Positions 55,113-64,000 of a DNA stretch of 64,000 bases are shown here, one piece after another (the first letter of the stretch is position 1; the number at the start of each line of letters is the position of its first letter). The translations under genes and the position numbers were made by a program. Below the pieces are notes generated by a model. It ran no database searches. It was not told where the DNA came from and worked only from the letters and a program-made list of their open reading frames with translations. The DNA is from an uncultured Gammaproteobacteria bacterium (lineage in GTDB: Bacteria > Patescibacteriota > Patescibacteriia > PEXW01), in contig CAZAMC010000002.1 of NCBI GenBank assembly GCA_964486505.1, positions 1,656 through 65,655 on the forward strand, given 5' to 3'.

Positions 55113-56933
55113 TCAAGGGACCCACTTCCAGGTGCGGTCCGTTTCCACGTACCACTCGGCAACGTTCATGAAGCGCTGTGTGGCCTCGATGAGCGTGGGC
55201 ACGCTCGTCGTGCGCAGGTTCGCCCGCTGCACAATGAGCGCGTAGCTTTGGTAGAGGAAAATTGCTGGCGCTTCGGCGGATAGGATTTTTGCGGCCGCTT
55301 GGTTCGCCGCTGCCCGCTTGTCCTCGGCGAGGTCGGGCTGACGGGCTTCGGTGAGCTTGGCATCCAGGTCTTTGCTGTAGAAGCTTGTCAGGTTTAAGCC
55401 GGGGTCAAAGCTCTGCGTGGAATGCCAGAACGGGTACAGGTCGTAGCTGGCGTCGTAGCGGTCGGAGTAGAGAATGGCGTCGAACTTCCGGTCTTTGATA
55501 ATGTCTTTGCCAATGACCGAGGGGTCAGCAACTTGCACGGTGACGTTGGCGCCAAGGCGCTTCCATTGGTCGGCAAGTGTGTTCGCCGCGGTCACGTATT
55601 CCGCCACGTCCGGTACCACGAGGGTGAAGGCGAGGGCCACGCCCTTCCGCTTGTACACATCACCTTCTTTTTTCCACTCGGCATCTTCCAAGAGCTTCGC
55701 CGCCGCCGTGAGGTCGGCACCCCGGGGGGTGGGTGCTTGCGCTGGGCCACCGGGCATACCGGGGAGCAGAGGGTCATTTGCTGCGGGCGCATCTGGCCGG
55801 GCTCGTTCAATGATCTGCGCTTGGTCGGTGGCGGCGCGGAGGGCCAGGCGCACCTCTTTGCGCTCCAGCAAACTGTTCTTCATGTTGAAGTACACCGCCA
55901 CGACTTGGGGCAAGGGGAGGATAGTTTCCGTAGTCCCGCGTAGCGAGCGAGCCTTGCTCATCAGGTCGGTGCCCACGAAGCGTGCGCCTTGCGCCTGCGA
56001 GCTGCTCACTGCTTCTAGGGCCGCGGCGGGGTCTTCCACGAAGCGCAGCTGCAACGTATTCAAATGTGTGGGGGTCGTGGCATCGGCGTAGCGCTCCAGG
56101 GTCATGCCGGTGACACTGCCCGTCTTCTCCTTTTTGCGCACTTCTTTGAACTTGAAGGGCCCGCTGCCAATGGGCTTCACATTGAAGTCCGAAGTGCTCA
56201 TGGCCGCCGCTGGGATCTCGGACCAGATGTGGGCGGGCAGGATGCCCATGGTCAGGAACATTTTGAAGCTGGGGTTTGCCTGTTCCAGCTTGTATATCAC
56301 GGTGCGGTCATCGGGGGTTTCTACGGTCACGTCCCGCGCGGCAGTGTACCGAGGGCTGGCCACGTTGGGGTCTTTCGCCAGCTCCACGGTAAACGCAATG
56401 TCACCGGCCGTGAGCGGCTCACCATCGTGCCAGTGGAGGTTTGGCTTCAGCGTCACGCGGAAGGTCTTGCCACCCTCCGTTGTCTCCACGTTTTCCGCTA
56501 GGTCATTCACGTACGTCCCGTCCGGTTGCAAGCGGAGTACGCCGTTGAAGAGCAGGGGCACCAGGCTGGTGTCGAGGTCGCTGCTGGCTAGAACCGGATT
56601 GATGAAGCGCGGTGCACCCACGACGGCCTCGGTGTAGTCGCCGCCAATGGCTGGTTCGGGAATCCAGTGCCGGTTAATGTACCGCGTCACCAGGAGGGCG
56701 GCCGACACGAACAGGACCAGGAGAGCCAAGCGGAAAACCCACCCTTCGCGTTTCCCGAGGTATCGGAAGAGGTAGCTGAACTGCGTCCAAGAGGGGATGC
56801 GCGAGTGGCTGAGGTGCTGCACCAAGGCCTGGTCGTGCTCAGCCGAAATGGCCGGCGCTGGGGGTGACCGTCGGGTAGCGCGGGCGACGAGTTGACGACC
56901 GCGAGCGAGGACAGACGAGAATGGATTGCGCAC
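55113..56933 (-). CDS. Peptide ABC transporter substrate-binding protein (SBP family 5), TM-anchored
   Basis: GAPRFINPVL, DLAE, WHDGEPLTAGDIAFT, PIGSGPFKF, DLYPFWHSTQ. Confidence 0.92.
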   Translation of the reverse strand: MRNPFSSVLARGRQLVARATRRSPPAPAISAEHDQALVQHLSHSRIPSWTQFSYLFRYLGKREGWVFRLALLVLFVSAALLVTRYINRHWIPEPAIGGDYTEAVVGAPRFINPVLASSDLDTSLVPLLFNGVLRLQPDGTYVNDLAENVETTEGGKTFRVTLKPNLHWHDGEPLTAGDIAFTVELAKDPNVASPRYTAARDVTVETPDDRTVIYKLEQANPSFKMFLTMGILPAHIWSEIPAAAMSTSDFNVKPIGSGPFKFKEVRKKEKTGSVTGMTLERYADATTPTHLNTLQLRFVEDPAAALEAVSSSQAQGARFVGTDLMSKARSLRGTTETILPLPQVVAVYFNMKNSLLERKEVRLALRAATDQAQIIERARPDAPAANDPLLPGMPGGPAQAPTPRGADLTAAAKLLEDAEWKKEGDVYKRKGVALAFTLVVPDVAEYVTAANTLADQWKRLGANVTVQVADPSVIGKDIIKDRKFDAILYSDRYDASYDLYPFWHSTQSFDPGLNLTSFYSKDLDAKLTEARQPDLAEDKRAAANQAAAKILSAEAPAIFLYQSYALIVQRANLRTTSVPTLIEATQRFMNVAEWYVETDRTWKWVP

Positions 56934-56939
56934 GGATGT

Positions 56940-57176
56940 TTAGGTCGTCTGCGTACCAAGGATCAGGGTCGTCGCGGCGGCGCCAGCGAAGATGATACCC
57001 AGGGCGATAGTAGAAATGAAGAGCACACGTTCGGCGCCGCGCTTGGTGCGATAGACATTCCCCTCACCGCCGAAGACCGCCCCTAAGCCCGCGCCCTTGG
57101 CTTGCAGGAGTACGGTGACCGTGAGGAGGGCAGCGCTGGTGATTTCGACAATCGCAAGAATTCTTTGCCAGTTCAT
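56940..57176 (-). CDS. secG: Preprotein translocase subunit SecG
   Basis: VLLQAKGAGLGAVFGG....RTKRGAERVL, two TMs. Confidence 0.93.
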   Translation of the reverse strand: MNWQRILAIVEITSAALLTVTVLLQAKGAGLGAVFGGEGNVYRTKRGAERVLFISTIALGIIFAGAAATTLILGTQTT

Positions 57177-57254
57177 ACGTGGGTCGAAGCGTACAACGTT
57201 GGTTGTCGTTTGTCAAGCCTGAGAGTTCTTGTCATACTGGGCGTACCTTAACCT

Positions 57255-58064
57255 ATGACTACACGTCACCCCTCTGGCTTCTCAGTTGTACTCGGGGTTA
57301 TTATTGCCCTCGTTGTGGTTGCCGGTGCTGTGGTGGGGATCTTTGCGTACGGCTCCCGCAGCCAACCCGCCGCCTCCCCGGTGAATCAAACCACAAGTGT
57401 GAGTGACAGCGTGGTGAAGTTGGACTGCAGCCAGGATACCGAGTGCGCCGCGTACTGCGGGTTGGATAGCTGCTACACGGCACTCTGCGACGCGACCAAG
57501 CACTGCTCCTGTAACTACACCTGCGAACCCGTACCCGCTGGAGACACCAACACGTCTACAGACATCACCACGTTTGCGCAGTGCGCCGCGGCGGGTAACC
57601 CGGTGCAGGAGAGTTACCCGCGGAAGTGCACGGCCGGTGGGGTGACCTTTACCGAAGTGCTGACGAACAGCAACGGGAATGTGAACTCTGCCGCGAACAC
57701 GAACCAAAGTACGAATGCGAATGTGAGCACCGCCGGCTGGAAGACATACACGAATACCGAACTCGGTTTCAGTTTGAAATTTCCCTCGACATGGGATGGG
57801 TATACAACTGGTCAAGTAGTGAATAACACTATTAAGTTTACTCATCCAAAAAAGGAAAGCACTAAAGGAAATCCTGGAGAAGTAAGCTTTATTGTTGTTC
57901 GACTGACTAAGGGTCTTGTAATACCCACGGGCTCAACTCTCATTAAAGAGAACGAGTCGTATAAGTTTGTTTACAGTCGGAGTAACGCCGCTGCTCCAGA
58001 TGAAATGAATGATCTGTGGGAGCAGATTGATGATATTATTTCCACCTTCACCTTCACGGAGTAG
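57255..58064 (+). CDS. Surface protein: pilin-like leader/TM, Cys-rich modules, PsbP-like C-terminal domain
   Basis: SG|FSVVLGVII; ITTFAQCAAAGNPVQESYPRKC; WKTYTNTELGFSLKFP...IISTFTF. Confidence 0.8.
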   Translation: MTTRHPSGFSVVLGVIIALVVVAGAVVGIFAYGSRSQPAASPVNQTTSVSDSVVKLDCSQDTECAAYCGLDSCYTALCDATKHCSCNYTCEPVPAGDTNTSTDITTFAQCAAAGNPVQESYPRKCTAGGVTFTEVLTNSNGNVNSAANTNQSTNANVSTAGWKTYTNTELGFSLKFPSTWDGYTTGQVVNNTIKFTHPKKESTKGNPGEVSFIVVRLTKGLVIPTGSTLIKENESYKFVYSRSNAAAPDEMNDLWEQIDDIISTFTFTE

Positions 58065-58143
58065 GGGAGGCACGCTGTAAGGAAGCTGAAGAAAAGAGTA
58101 AACTTCTCTCTAGGAGTGCTACTTCGTTTTCACCTACGTTGGC

Positions 58144-59904
58144 ATGAAAAAACCTCAAGGCGTTATTGCCGTTCCAGTGCTCATCATTGCAGTGGTTATT
58201 GCCGGTTTACTTGCTGGTGGGTCGTGGTGGTATGTCAAACACCAGAATGTAAATACCACGATTACCAATAATGCGGCTGCAAATACTAACCAAACTACCG
58301 GTGAGGCCATTACCATCAATACCAACGGTAGCACCAACATGAACGCACAAGCACGTGAAGATTCTTATGGCAATGTACAGCTCGTTGGGGGGAAAAAGAT
58401 AGGATCAGGTATGTTGAATTTTGGCGTGCCATGGAATAGCACGAGTCAGTATCTAGTATTCTCAAAATTTGGCCCAGATACCGACTTCGGACTACCTTCG
58501 TACAATCAGTTCTCATTCTACGATACCTCTTCTGATTCACTACTACCCACATCGCTGCAGGGACATATTCTCACATATCCGTTCTGGCGAGACACACAGA
58601 CACTAGTTGTCGAAAAGCAACTGGTGCATTTGCAAGATGAGAACGCTACGATCACTCCGTATACGCTTGTTTTGCCATCTGGATATGAGGCGTTCACGAA
58701 TGCAAGCGCCACCTGGTCCGATTCGCAGTACGGTGACGAACCAAAGTTCGGCTCTGCAACGAAGCTCGCTCTTTCGCCTGACCAAGGTACCTTAGCGTAC
58801 ATCCGTCCCTCGACACTCGATGATTCGCCTGGGAATGTTGTTTTTACCATATCCCGCAATGCAAAGAGCATTGCGGAAGCACGCCAGTACGAAGATGTGG
58901 GGTTTGGTGTGGAGAGCTCCACGCCAAATCTCGTATGGTTCAACAACCGTCTCGTATACTCTCCCGAAACCGGCCTGGTCGTGGATGCTCAAACGCAAAA
59001 GGTTGTCCTGAGTAGGCGCACGAATTACGAACGTCGCGTTTCTATGCTATCACCGGACGCAAAGTACGTTCTTGTCGTCGATAATGAGCAGGATCGGGTA
59101 GAGCAGAATGACTACCTGCATGAGCACATGCGTTTTTACGTACGCAACATTGCAACGGGGAAAGACGTGGTTATTCGTGAATTGTCCTCAGCGAAAGCGA
59201 GTGATGTAGTAGTCCATGCCACGTGGGCGCCCGACAGTCAGCACTTCGTGTATAGCTTTAGCAATGGGCTTTTCCTCTCCGATGTGAATGGGGGGACAAG
59301 TTCGGACCTAACGAACAGCGTGCAACAGTATGGCACGCTTGCCTGGTCACCGAATGGTGCGTGGCTTGCTGTACAAATTGGTGAGGATATTTGGTTGTAT
59401 AGTATTGCGCCTAAGGAGATAACCGCGGGCTGGAAGAAGTATAATTCAAGGACATCCTCGTACAAGATTTTTAATGATTTGCGACCGTCATTCACGGTAA
59501 AGTACGATGCAAATTGGCAAATTGACGAAGAGCTAGGGGGTTTATACTTGAGCGAGAATGGGGCTGCGAACCTTGAACCTCAAATCAGCATCTCCTTCAA
59601 TGGTGCCGCGCTTACTGGCAATATCGTTCAAGCGTGTAAAGAAAAAAATGGTTGGTCATCACCAAGCGTAAAAATTCCTGCTTTTGTAAAATTCGATTCA
59701 GAAAGGACGATAAATATTTACGGAGAAAAAGGTGTTATGGTTAGTTACCATACTGAATCTGATAATAATCAAGTATTTTCTCGAACAATCGTGTGTGCAA
59801 ATTATAGTGGGAAATCTTTAGTAGTATGGGCGACCCCAACCGACTCAACCTTCGTAAAGGTTAATTTAATCCCGGTTCTTGAATCTATTACTTTTACGCA
59901 GTAG
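58144..59904 (+). CDS. Surface protein: pilin-like leader/TM, TolB-like beta-propeller, PsbP-like C-terminal domain
   Basis: KKPQG|VIAVPVLII; LSPDQ, LSPDA, WAPDS, WSPNG blades; GWKKY...VLESITF. Confidence 0.8.
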   Translation: MKKPQGVIAVPVLIIAVVIAGLLAGGSWWYVKHQNVNTTITNNAAANTNQTTGEAITINTNGSTNMNAQAREDSYGNVQLVGGKKIGSGMLNFGVPWNSTSQYLVFSKFGPDTDFGLPSYNQFSFYDTSSDSLLPTSLQGHILTYPFWRDTQTLVVEKQLVHLQDENATITPYTLVLPSGYEAFTNASATWSDSQYGDEPKFGSATKLALSPDQGTLAYIRPSTLDDSPGNVVFTISRNAKSIAEARQYEDVGFGVESSTPNLVWFNNRLVYSPETGLVVDAQTQKVVLSRRTNYERRVSMLSPDAKYVLVVDNEQDRVEQNDYLHEHMRFYVRNIATGKDVVIRELSSAKASDVVVHATWAPDSQHFVYSFSNGLFLSDVNGGTSSDLTNSVQQYGTLAWSPNGAWLAVQIGEDIWLYSIAPKEITAGWKKYNSRTSSYKIFNDLRPSFTVKYDANWQIDEELGGLYLSENGAANLEPQISISFNGAALTGNIVQACKEKNGWSSPSVKIPAFVKFDSERTINIYGEKGVMVSYHTESDNNQVFSRTIVCANYSGKSLVVWATPTDSTFVKVNLIPVLESITFTQ

Positions 59905-60031
59905 TCTTCCTTCGTTTAGCGTGGAGCCGAACGACCTGGAACACCCGCTTGCCCTGGACAGCCATCTTGGGCTTCTTCTTTTTCTCTCGCCGTTTTACCT
60001 TTAACTCAAGTTTACGTTCAAGGTCGGTCAT
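59894..60031 (-). CDS. 45-aa highly basic protein coupled to uvrC (absent from the ORF track)
   Basis: ATG overlaps the uvrC TGA (ATGA); MTDLERKLELKVKRREKKKKPKMAVQGKRVFQVVRLHAKRRKTTA*; fills the intergenic gap. Confidence 0.65.
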   Translation of the reverse strand: MTDLERKLELKVKRREKKKKPKMAVQGKRVFQVVRLHAKRRKTTA

Positions 60032-61860
60032 AAGTTTGTCATGAGCTTCTCGGCCAGCTTTGGCCCGACGACCTTAGCAACATCCGCTTCGGTCGCTTGG
60101 CGGATCTTTGCAACTGAGCCAAACGCTTTCAGGAGTTTCTTCTTTAACATTGGGCCAACACCGGGAATGGCATCCAGCGCCGAGCCGATGCTGGCTTTTC
60201 GATGCTTGCCGCGGTAGCCGGCAATGGTGAAGCGGTGCGCTTCGTCGCGGATGCGCTCGATGAGGAAGAGCCCGTCCGATGGGTTCGGTAACTTCTTCGG
60301 TGGCTGGTTGAGCCGGAAGATTCTTTCTCGGTCGCCTTGCTGCGGTTCGTGGGCGTGGCCAGCTTTTGCCAAAGCGACAATTGGGATTTCAATTTTTCCC
60401 AAGGCGCGGGTGACGACGCCGAGTTGCCCGGCGCCACCGTCGAGAATAATCAAATCAGGCAAAGGCCATGCGCCGGCAGGATTGCCACGCCCCTCGCTGT
60501 GCTCGGAGCTCGCAATGACAGAAGGAACGTGGGCGTAGCGGCGCGTCAGCATTTCCGCCATCATCGCCGGGTCATTAGCGCCCTTCACCGTCTTGATGGT
60601 GAAGCGCCGGTACCACTTCTTCTCGGGCCGGCCATTCACAAACGTCACCATGCTGCCCGTGGCATGCGCGCCCTGCACGTTGGCCACGTCGAACGCCTCG
60701 ATGCGCTTCGGTGGATTTTCCAAATCCAGCGCGCTGGCAAGCTCGCGCAGGCCCTTGAGCAAGCGCACGTCATCTTTCTCAAAGCTCGCCTTCTGCTGGC
60801 GCAGGAATTCCGCCGCATTCAGTTCGCTTACCTTCATGAGCTTTTTCAGGCGGCCGCGTTGCGGGATGAACGTGTCGGCGTCCACGGCCGTGTGGAACGC
60901 CGGGGACAGGGTGAGGCCGAACGGCAAGGCAATTTTTTCGGGTGGGTCGGTTACCTGGCTGTAAAATTGTTCCACGAAGCTCGCCAGCACCGCATTCGGC
61001 TGTTCATCCCGAACGTGTTGCAGGAGGAACGTTTGCCGGTCCAGAATTTTTCCATTGCGGATGACCAGCCGGTTCACGCTGGCCAAACTCCCGTGGGTGG
61101 CGTAGCCAATGCAATCCACATTCACAGCCGCTGGCAGGATGGCACTCTGCTGCTGCATGAGCTTATTGATGGCGAACACGCGGTCACGCGCCACGGCCGC
61201 TTTCTCAAATTGGCGCTTCACGCTCGCCGCTTTCATTTGCTTCTCTAATTCCTTCCGCACCGCCTTCGTGTCCCCACGCAGGAAGTGCATGAGGTCGTTG
61301 ATAATCTTCCGGTACCGCTCTTTGCTCGCTTCATCGGCGCCATGGCCCAGGCAGCGGTGCAGGTGGTACTCGAAGCATGGCTTGTCGGGCGGGTTGCTAC
61401 AGTTTTTGTAGGGGAATATTTTCTTGAGCAGCTTGAGCGTGGCGTATACCGCCCCTGCTGACACGTACGGGCCGAAGTAGCGGGAACCGTCTTTGGTCAA
61501 CCTGCGTACCGTGGTTACCGAGGGGTAGTCTTCTTTGAGCGCGACTTTGATGTACAAAAAGTTCTTGTCATCCCGCATGACAATGTTGTACGGCGGGTGC
61601 AATGATTTTATCCGCGTGGTTTCGAGCATCAACGCTTCGAGGGGGCTACTTGCAACAATGGTTTCTACGCGCGCAATTTTGCTCACCATGATGACCTTCG
61701 CCGGCGAGAGGCTGTTGCCCTTGGTGAAGTACGATGACACGCGGGACTTAAGGCTCGTCGCCTTGCCCACGTACAGCACCTCACCTTTCGCGTCGAAGAA
61801 GGTGTAGACACCCGGCTTGGTCGGTAGGGTCTGCAGTTGGCGGCGGAGCGTAGGGGACAT
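60028..61860 (-). CDS. uvrC: Excinuclease ABC subunit C
   Basis: GIY-YIG (PGVY...YVGKA..LKSRVSSYF), PPYN, IEAFD, PDLIILDGG.GQ, RDEAHRF, HhH IPGVGP. Confidence 0.97.
   Translation of the reverse strand: MSPTLRRQLQTLPTKPGVYTFFDAKGEVLYVGKATSLKSRVSSYFTKGNSLSPAKVIMVSKIARVETIVASSPLEALMLETTRIKSLHPPYNIVMRDDKNFLYIKVALKEDYPSVTTVRRLTKDGSRYFGPYVSAGAVYATLKLLKKIFPYKNCSNPPDKPCFEYHLHRCLGHGADEASKERYRKIINDLMHFLRGDTKAVRKELEKQMKAASVKRQFEKAAVARDRVFAINKLMQQQSAILPAAVNVDCIGYATHGSLASVNRLVIRNGKILDRQTFLLQHVRDEQPNAVLASFVEQFYSQVTDPPEKIALPFGLTLSPAFHTAVDADTFIPQRGRLKKLMKVSELNAAEFLRQQKASFEKDDVRLLKGLRELASALDLENPPKRIEAFDVANVQGAHATGSMVTFVNGRPEKKWYRRFTIKTVKGANDPAMMAEMLTRRYAHVPSVIASSEHSEGRGNPAGAWPLPDLIILDGGAGQLGVVTRALGKIEIPIVALAKAGHAHEPQQGDRERIFRLNQPPKKLPNPSDGLFLIERIRDEAHRFTIAGYRGKHRKASIGSALDAIPGVGPMLKKKLLKAFGSVAKIRQATEADVAKVVGPKLAEKLMTNL
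60479..60520 (-). repeat. Half palindromic repeat element inserted in-frame in uvrC
   Basis: Minus strand TGTCATTGCGAG-ctccgagcacagcgagggg-CGTGGCAATCC, encoding VIASSEHSEGRGNP. Confidence 0.65.
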
Positions 61861-62010
61861 AAATGGAGTATACATTTTCTACTGTCGCAACGAAGGAGGA
61901 GGATAACGCTTGCCGTGTTCGCCGACTGCAGCCTGCCCCGCGAAGCGTGAGCCGCGACCCATGGGAAGCGTCCGGTGCCCCTAGGGTTTCCCCTCACGAC
62001 GCGCTAGCCC

Positions 62011-62039
62011 TTGACCGGTATTGACACGAGTGCTAGACT
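62011..62039 (+). promoter_or_regulatory. uvrA promoter
   Basis: TTGACC-N17-TAGACT with TGn extension. Confidence 0.65.
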
Positions 62040-62072
62040 GTCCGCACTCTATTGCCTGATTTTTTGGCGACC

Positions 62073-64000
62073 ATGGCCGAGGTGATAAAAATTCGCGGTG
62101 CACGGGTGCATAACCTGAAGAACGTCTCCCTGGATATCCCCCGGAATGCCTTTGTGGTTTTCACGGGCCTTTCAGGTTCGGGGAAGTCCAGTTTAGCGTT
62201 CGACACCATTTACGCCGAAGGCCAACGCCGGTACGTAGAATCCCTCTCGGCCTACGCCCGCCAGTTCTTGGGGCTCATGGACAAGCCGGACGTGGACCAA
62301 ATTGATGGTCTCTCCCCAGCCATTGCCATTGACCAGAAGTCGGTGAGCCACAACCCGCGCTCCACCGTGGGCACGGTGACGGAAATCTACGACTACCTGC
62401 GCTTACTCTACGCTCGCACCGGTACGCCGCACTGTCCCGTTTGCGGCCGCGAAGTGCAGCGCCAAACCACAGAGCAAATTCGCAAGCAAATCCTCACCTG
62501 GCCCGCGAATACCCCCATCCTCGTCCTGGCGCCGAAGGTGCGGGACATGAAAGGGGAACACAAGCACGTTTTCGCCGAAGTTCGGAAAGCCGGCTACGTG
62601 CGCGTACGTCTGGACGGGATTGTCACGCCGCTGGATGAAGCCGAACGTCTGGAGCTGGAGAAGCAGAAGAAGCACAGCATTGAAGTGGTTATTGATCGGC
62701 TGACGCTGGGGCCGGAACTGGACAAGCAGCGCCTCAGCGAATCACTGGAGGCCGCGAACCGGATTGGCAAAGGCCTAATTATCATTAGTCGCGTGACCCC
62801 GGAGGGGAAGAAAATAACCGATACGCTGTTTAGCCTGCAGTACGCGTGTGCGCACGATGGCACCAGTTTGCCGCCCATTGAGCCGCGCAACTTCTCGTTC
62901 AACAACCCCCACGGCGCCTGCCCAGATTGCACAGGTTTGGGTACGAAGTTGGAAATTGATCCGGAACTCGTCATCCCGAACCCGAAGCTCTCGGTTGCCG
63001 AGGGCGCCATCCGGCCGTGGTCACGCAGCGCCTCGAACCAGACCTGGTACATGCGCGTGGTGGAAGCCGTGGCCCGAGACATGAAGTTTAGTTTACGCAC
63101 TCCTGTGAAAGACCTGCCGAAGAAAGCGGTGGACGCGATTTTACGCGGGACGGGGGACCGTGAGTACGATGTGAACAACAACACGGGTGCGGGCAAGGTA
63201 CGCGCATTCATGACCAGTTACGAAGGCGTGATTCCCAACCTCATGCGCCGGTACAAGGAAACCGACTCCGACTACATCCGCGCCGAAATTGAGCGGTACA
63301 TGCGCGTGTGGTCCTGTCCCACTTGCAAGGGCAAGCGTTTGAAGCCCGAAGTCCTGGGGGTGACGGTTGCGGGCAAGAGCATTGCCGACGTTACGGCGTT
63401 CACCGTGGAGAAGGCGAACGACTTCTTCAACCAACTCGCGAGGCCAAAAGCAATGACCGAGCGCGAGGCGACTATTGCCAAGCAAATTCTCAAAGAGATC
63501 CGGGCCCGCCTGGGCTTCTTGCAGAACGTGGGCTTGGACTACCTCACCTTAGACCGCGCCGCATCCACCCTCTCCGGCGGGGAATCGCAGCGTATAAGCT
63601 TGGCCACACAAATTGGGTCGTCCCTGGTGGGCGTGCTCTACATCCTGGACGAACCGTCCATTGGCTTGCACCAGCGGGATAATGCCAAGCTCATCCACAC
63701 GCTCAAGACCCTGCGCGATTTGGGCAACACGGTTCTCGTTGTGGAGCACGATGAAGAGACCATTCGGGAAGCTGACCACGTGGTGGACATTGGTCCCGGC
63801 GCGGGCGAGCACGGCGGCGTGGTGGTGGCCCAAGGGTCACCCAAGGAACTCGCCAAGAATCCCCGGTCGCTTACCGGCCAGTACTTGAGCGGGAAGAAAT
63901 TCATTGCCATACCCAAGCAGTCCCGTAAGGGGAACGGCAAGGCGCTCGTCATCAAGGGTGCCAAGGAGTTCAACCTGCAGAACCTCACGGTGAAGTTGCC
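62073..64000 (+). CDS. uvrA: Excinuclease ABC subunit A, 3' truncated by window edge
   Basis: [61 protein letters not shown]; absent from the ORF track because there is no stop in the window. Confidence 0.97.
   Translation, partial: MAEVIKIRGARVHNLKNVSLDIPRNAFVVFTGLSGSGKSSLAFDTIYAEGQRRYVESLSAYARQFLGLMDKPDVDQIDGLSPAIAIDQKSVSHNPRSTVGTVTEIYDYLRLLYARTGTPHCPVCGREVQRQTTEQIRKQILTWPANTPILVLAPKVRDMKGEHKHVFAEVRKAGYVRVRLDGIVTPLDEAERLELEKQKKHSIEVVIDRLTLGPELDKQRLSESLEAANRIGKGLIIISRVTPEGKKITDTLFSLQYACAHDGTSLPPIEPRNFSFNNPHGACPDCTGLGTKLEIDPELVIPNPKLSVAEGAIRPWSRSASNQTWYMRVVEAVARDMKFSLRTPVKDLPKKAVDAILRGTGDREYDVNNNTGAGKVRAFMTSYEGVIPNLMRRYKETDSDYIRAEIERYMRVWSCPTCKGKRLKPEVLGVTVAGKSIADVTAFTVEKANDFFNQLARPKAMTEREATIAKQILKEIRARLGFLQNVGLDYLTLDRAASTLSGGESQRISLATQIGSSLVGVLYILDEPSIGLHQRDNAKLIHTLKTLRDLGNTVLVVEHDEETIREADHVVDIGPGAGEHGGVVVAQGSPKELAKNPRSLTGQYLSGKKFIAIPKQSRKGNGKALVIKGAKEFNLQNLTVKL

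Noticed and set aside
61920-61995. Cobalamin riboswitch
   Set aside because: CTGCCCCGC and GGGAAG resemble parts of it, but the AGGGAA-CCGGTG core and B12 box are absent or out of order.
62003-62036. CIRCE operator upstream of uvrA
   Set aside because: Only a GAGTGCTAG half-site; no TTAGCACTC partner at 9-nt spacing.

Overview
This 64-kb window is GC-rich, gene-dense bacterial chromosome. Its gene content and protein signatures suggest a Patescibacteria/CPR (Parcubacteria-like) organism. That placement is an inference from the stand-alone rpoBC, EF-P without PGKG, S6 with a long tail, and secreted proteins with pilin-like leaders, FG-GAP or GPGGC motifs. It holds about 55 CDS covering cell wall (FemABX, murE), rpoB/rpoC, ftsK-rodZ-like-recA, rpsF-ssb-rpsR-efp, folate/one-carbon (folD, folC, glyA), plsX, trpS, rnj, secG, uvrC/uvrA and several large surface proteins, plus tRNA-Arg(CCG) and tRNA-Leu(CAG). 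I found no CRISPR array, integrase or transposase. The most interesting signals are non-coding. (1) A ~350-nt structured unit with its own promoter and terminator lies next to ychF and displays a 12-nt perfect complement of the 16S 3' end with no usable start codon. (2) A ~90-nt anti-Shine-Dalgarno sRNA candidate converges on a translin/TRAX-family nuclease gene. (3) Genes split into apparently leaderless ones, mostly housekeeping (-10 box exactly 6 nt before ATG), and SD-led stand-alone ones. Together, (1)-(3) suggest an untested SD-based RNA control system. (4) A covarying structured element is attached to the 3' ends of both tRNAs. (5) A palindromic element is inserted in-frame in uvrC, and a 45-aa basic ORF missing from the ORF track is coupled to uvrC. 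All calls are from reading the sequence by eye; no searches were run.
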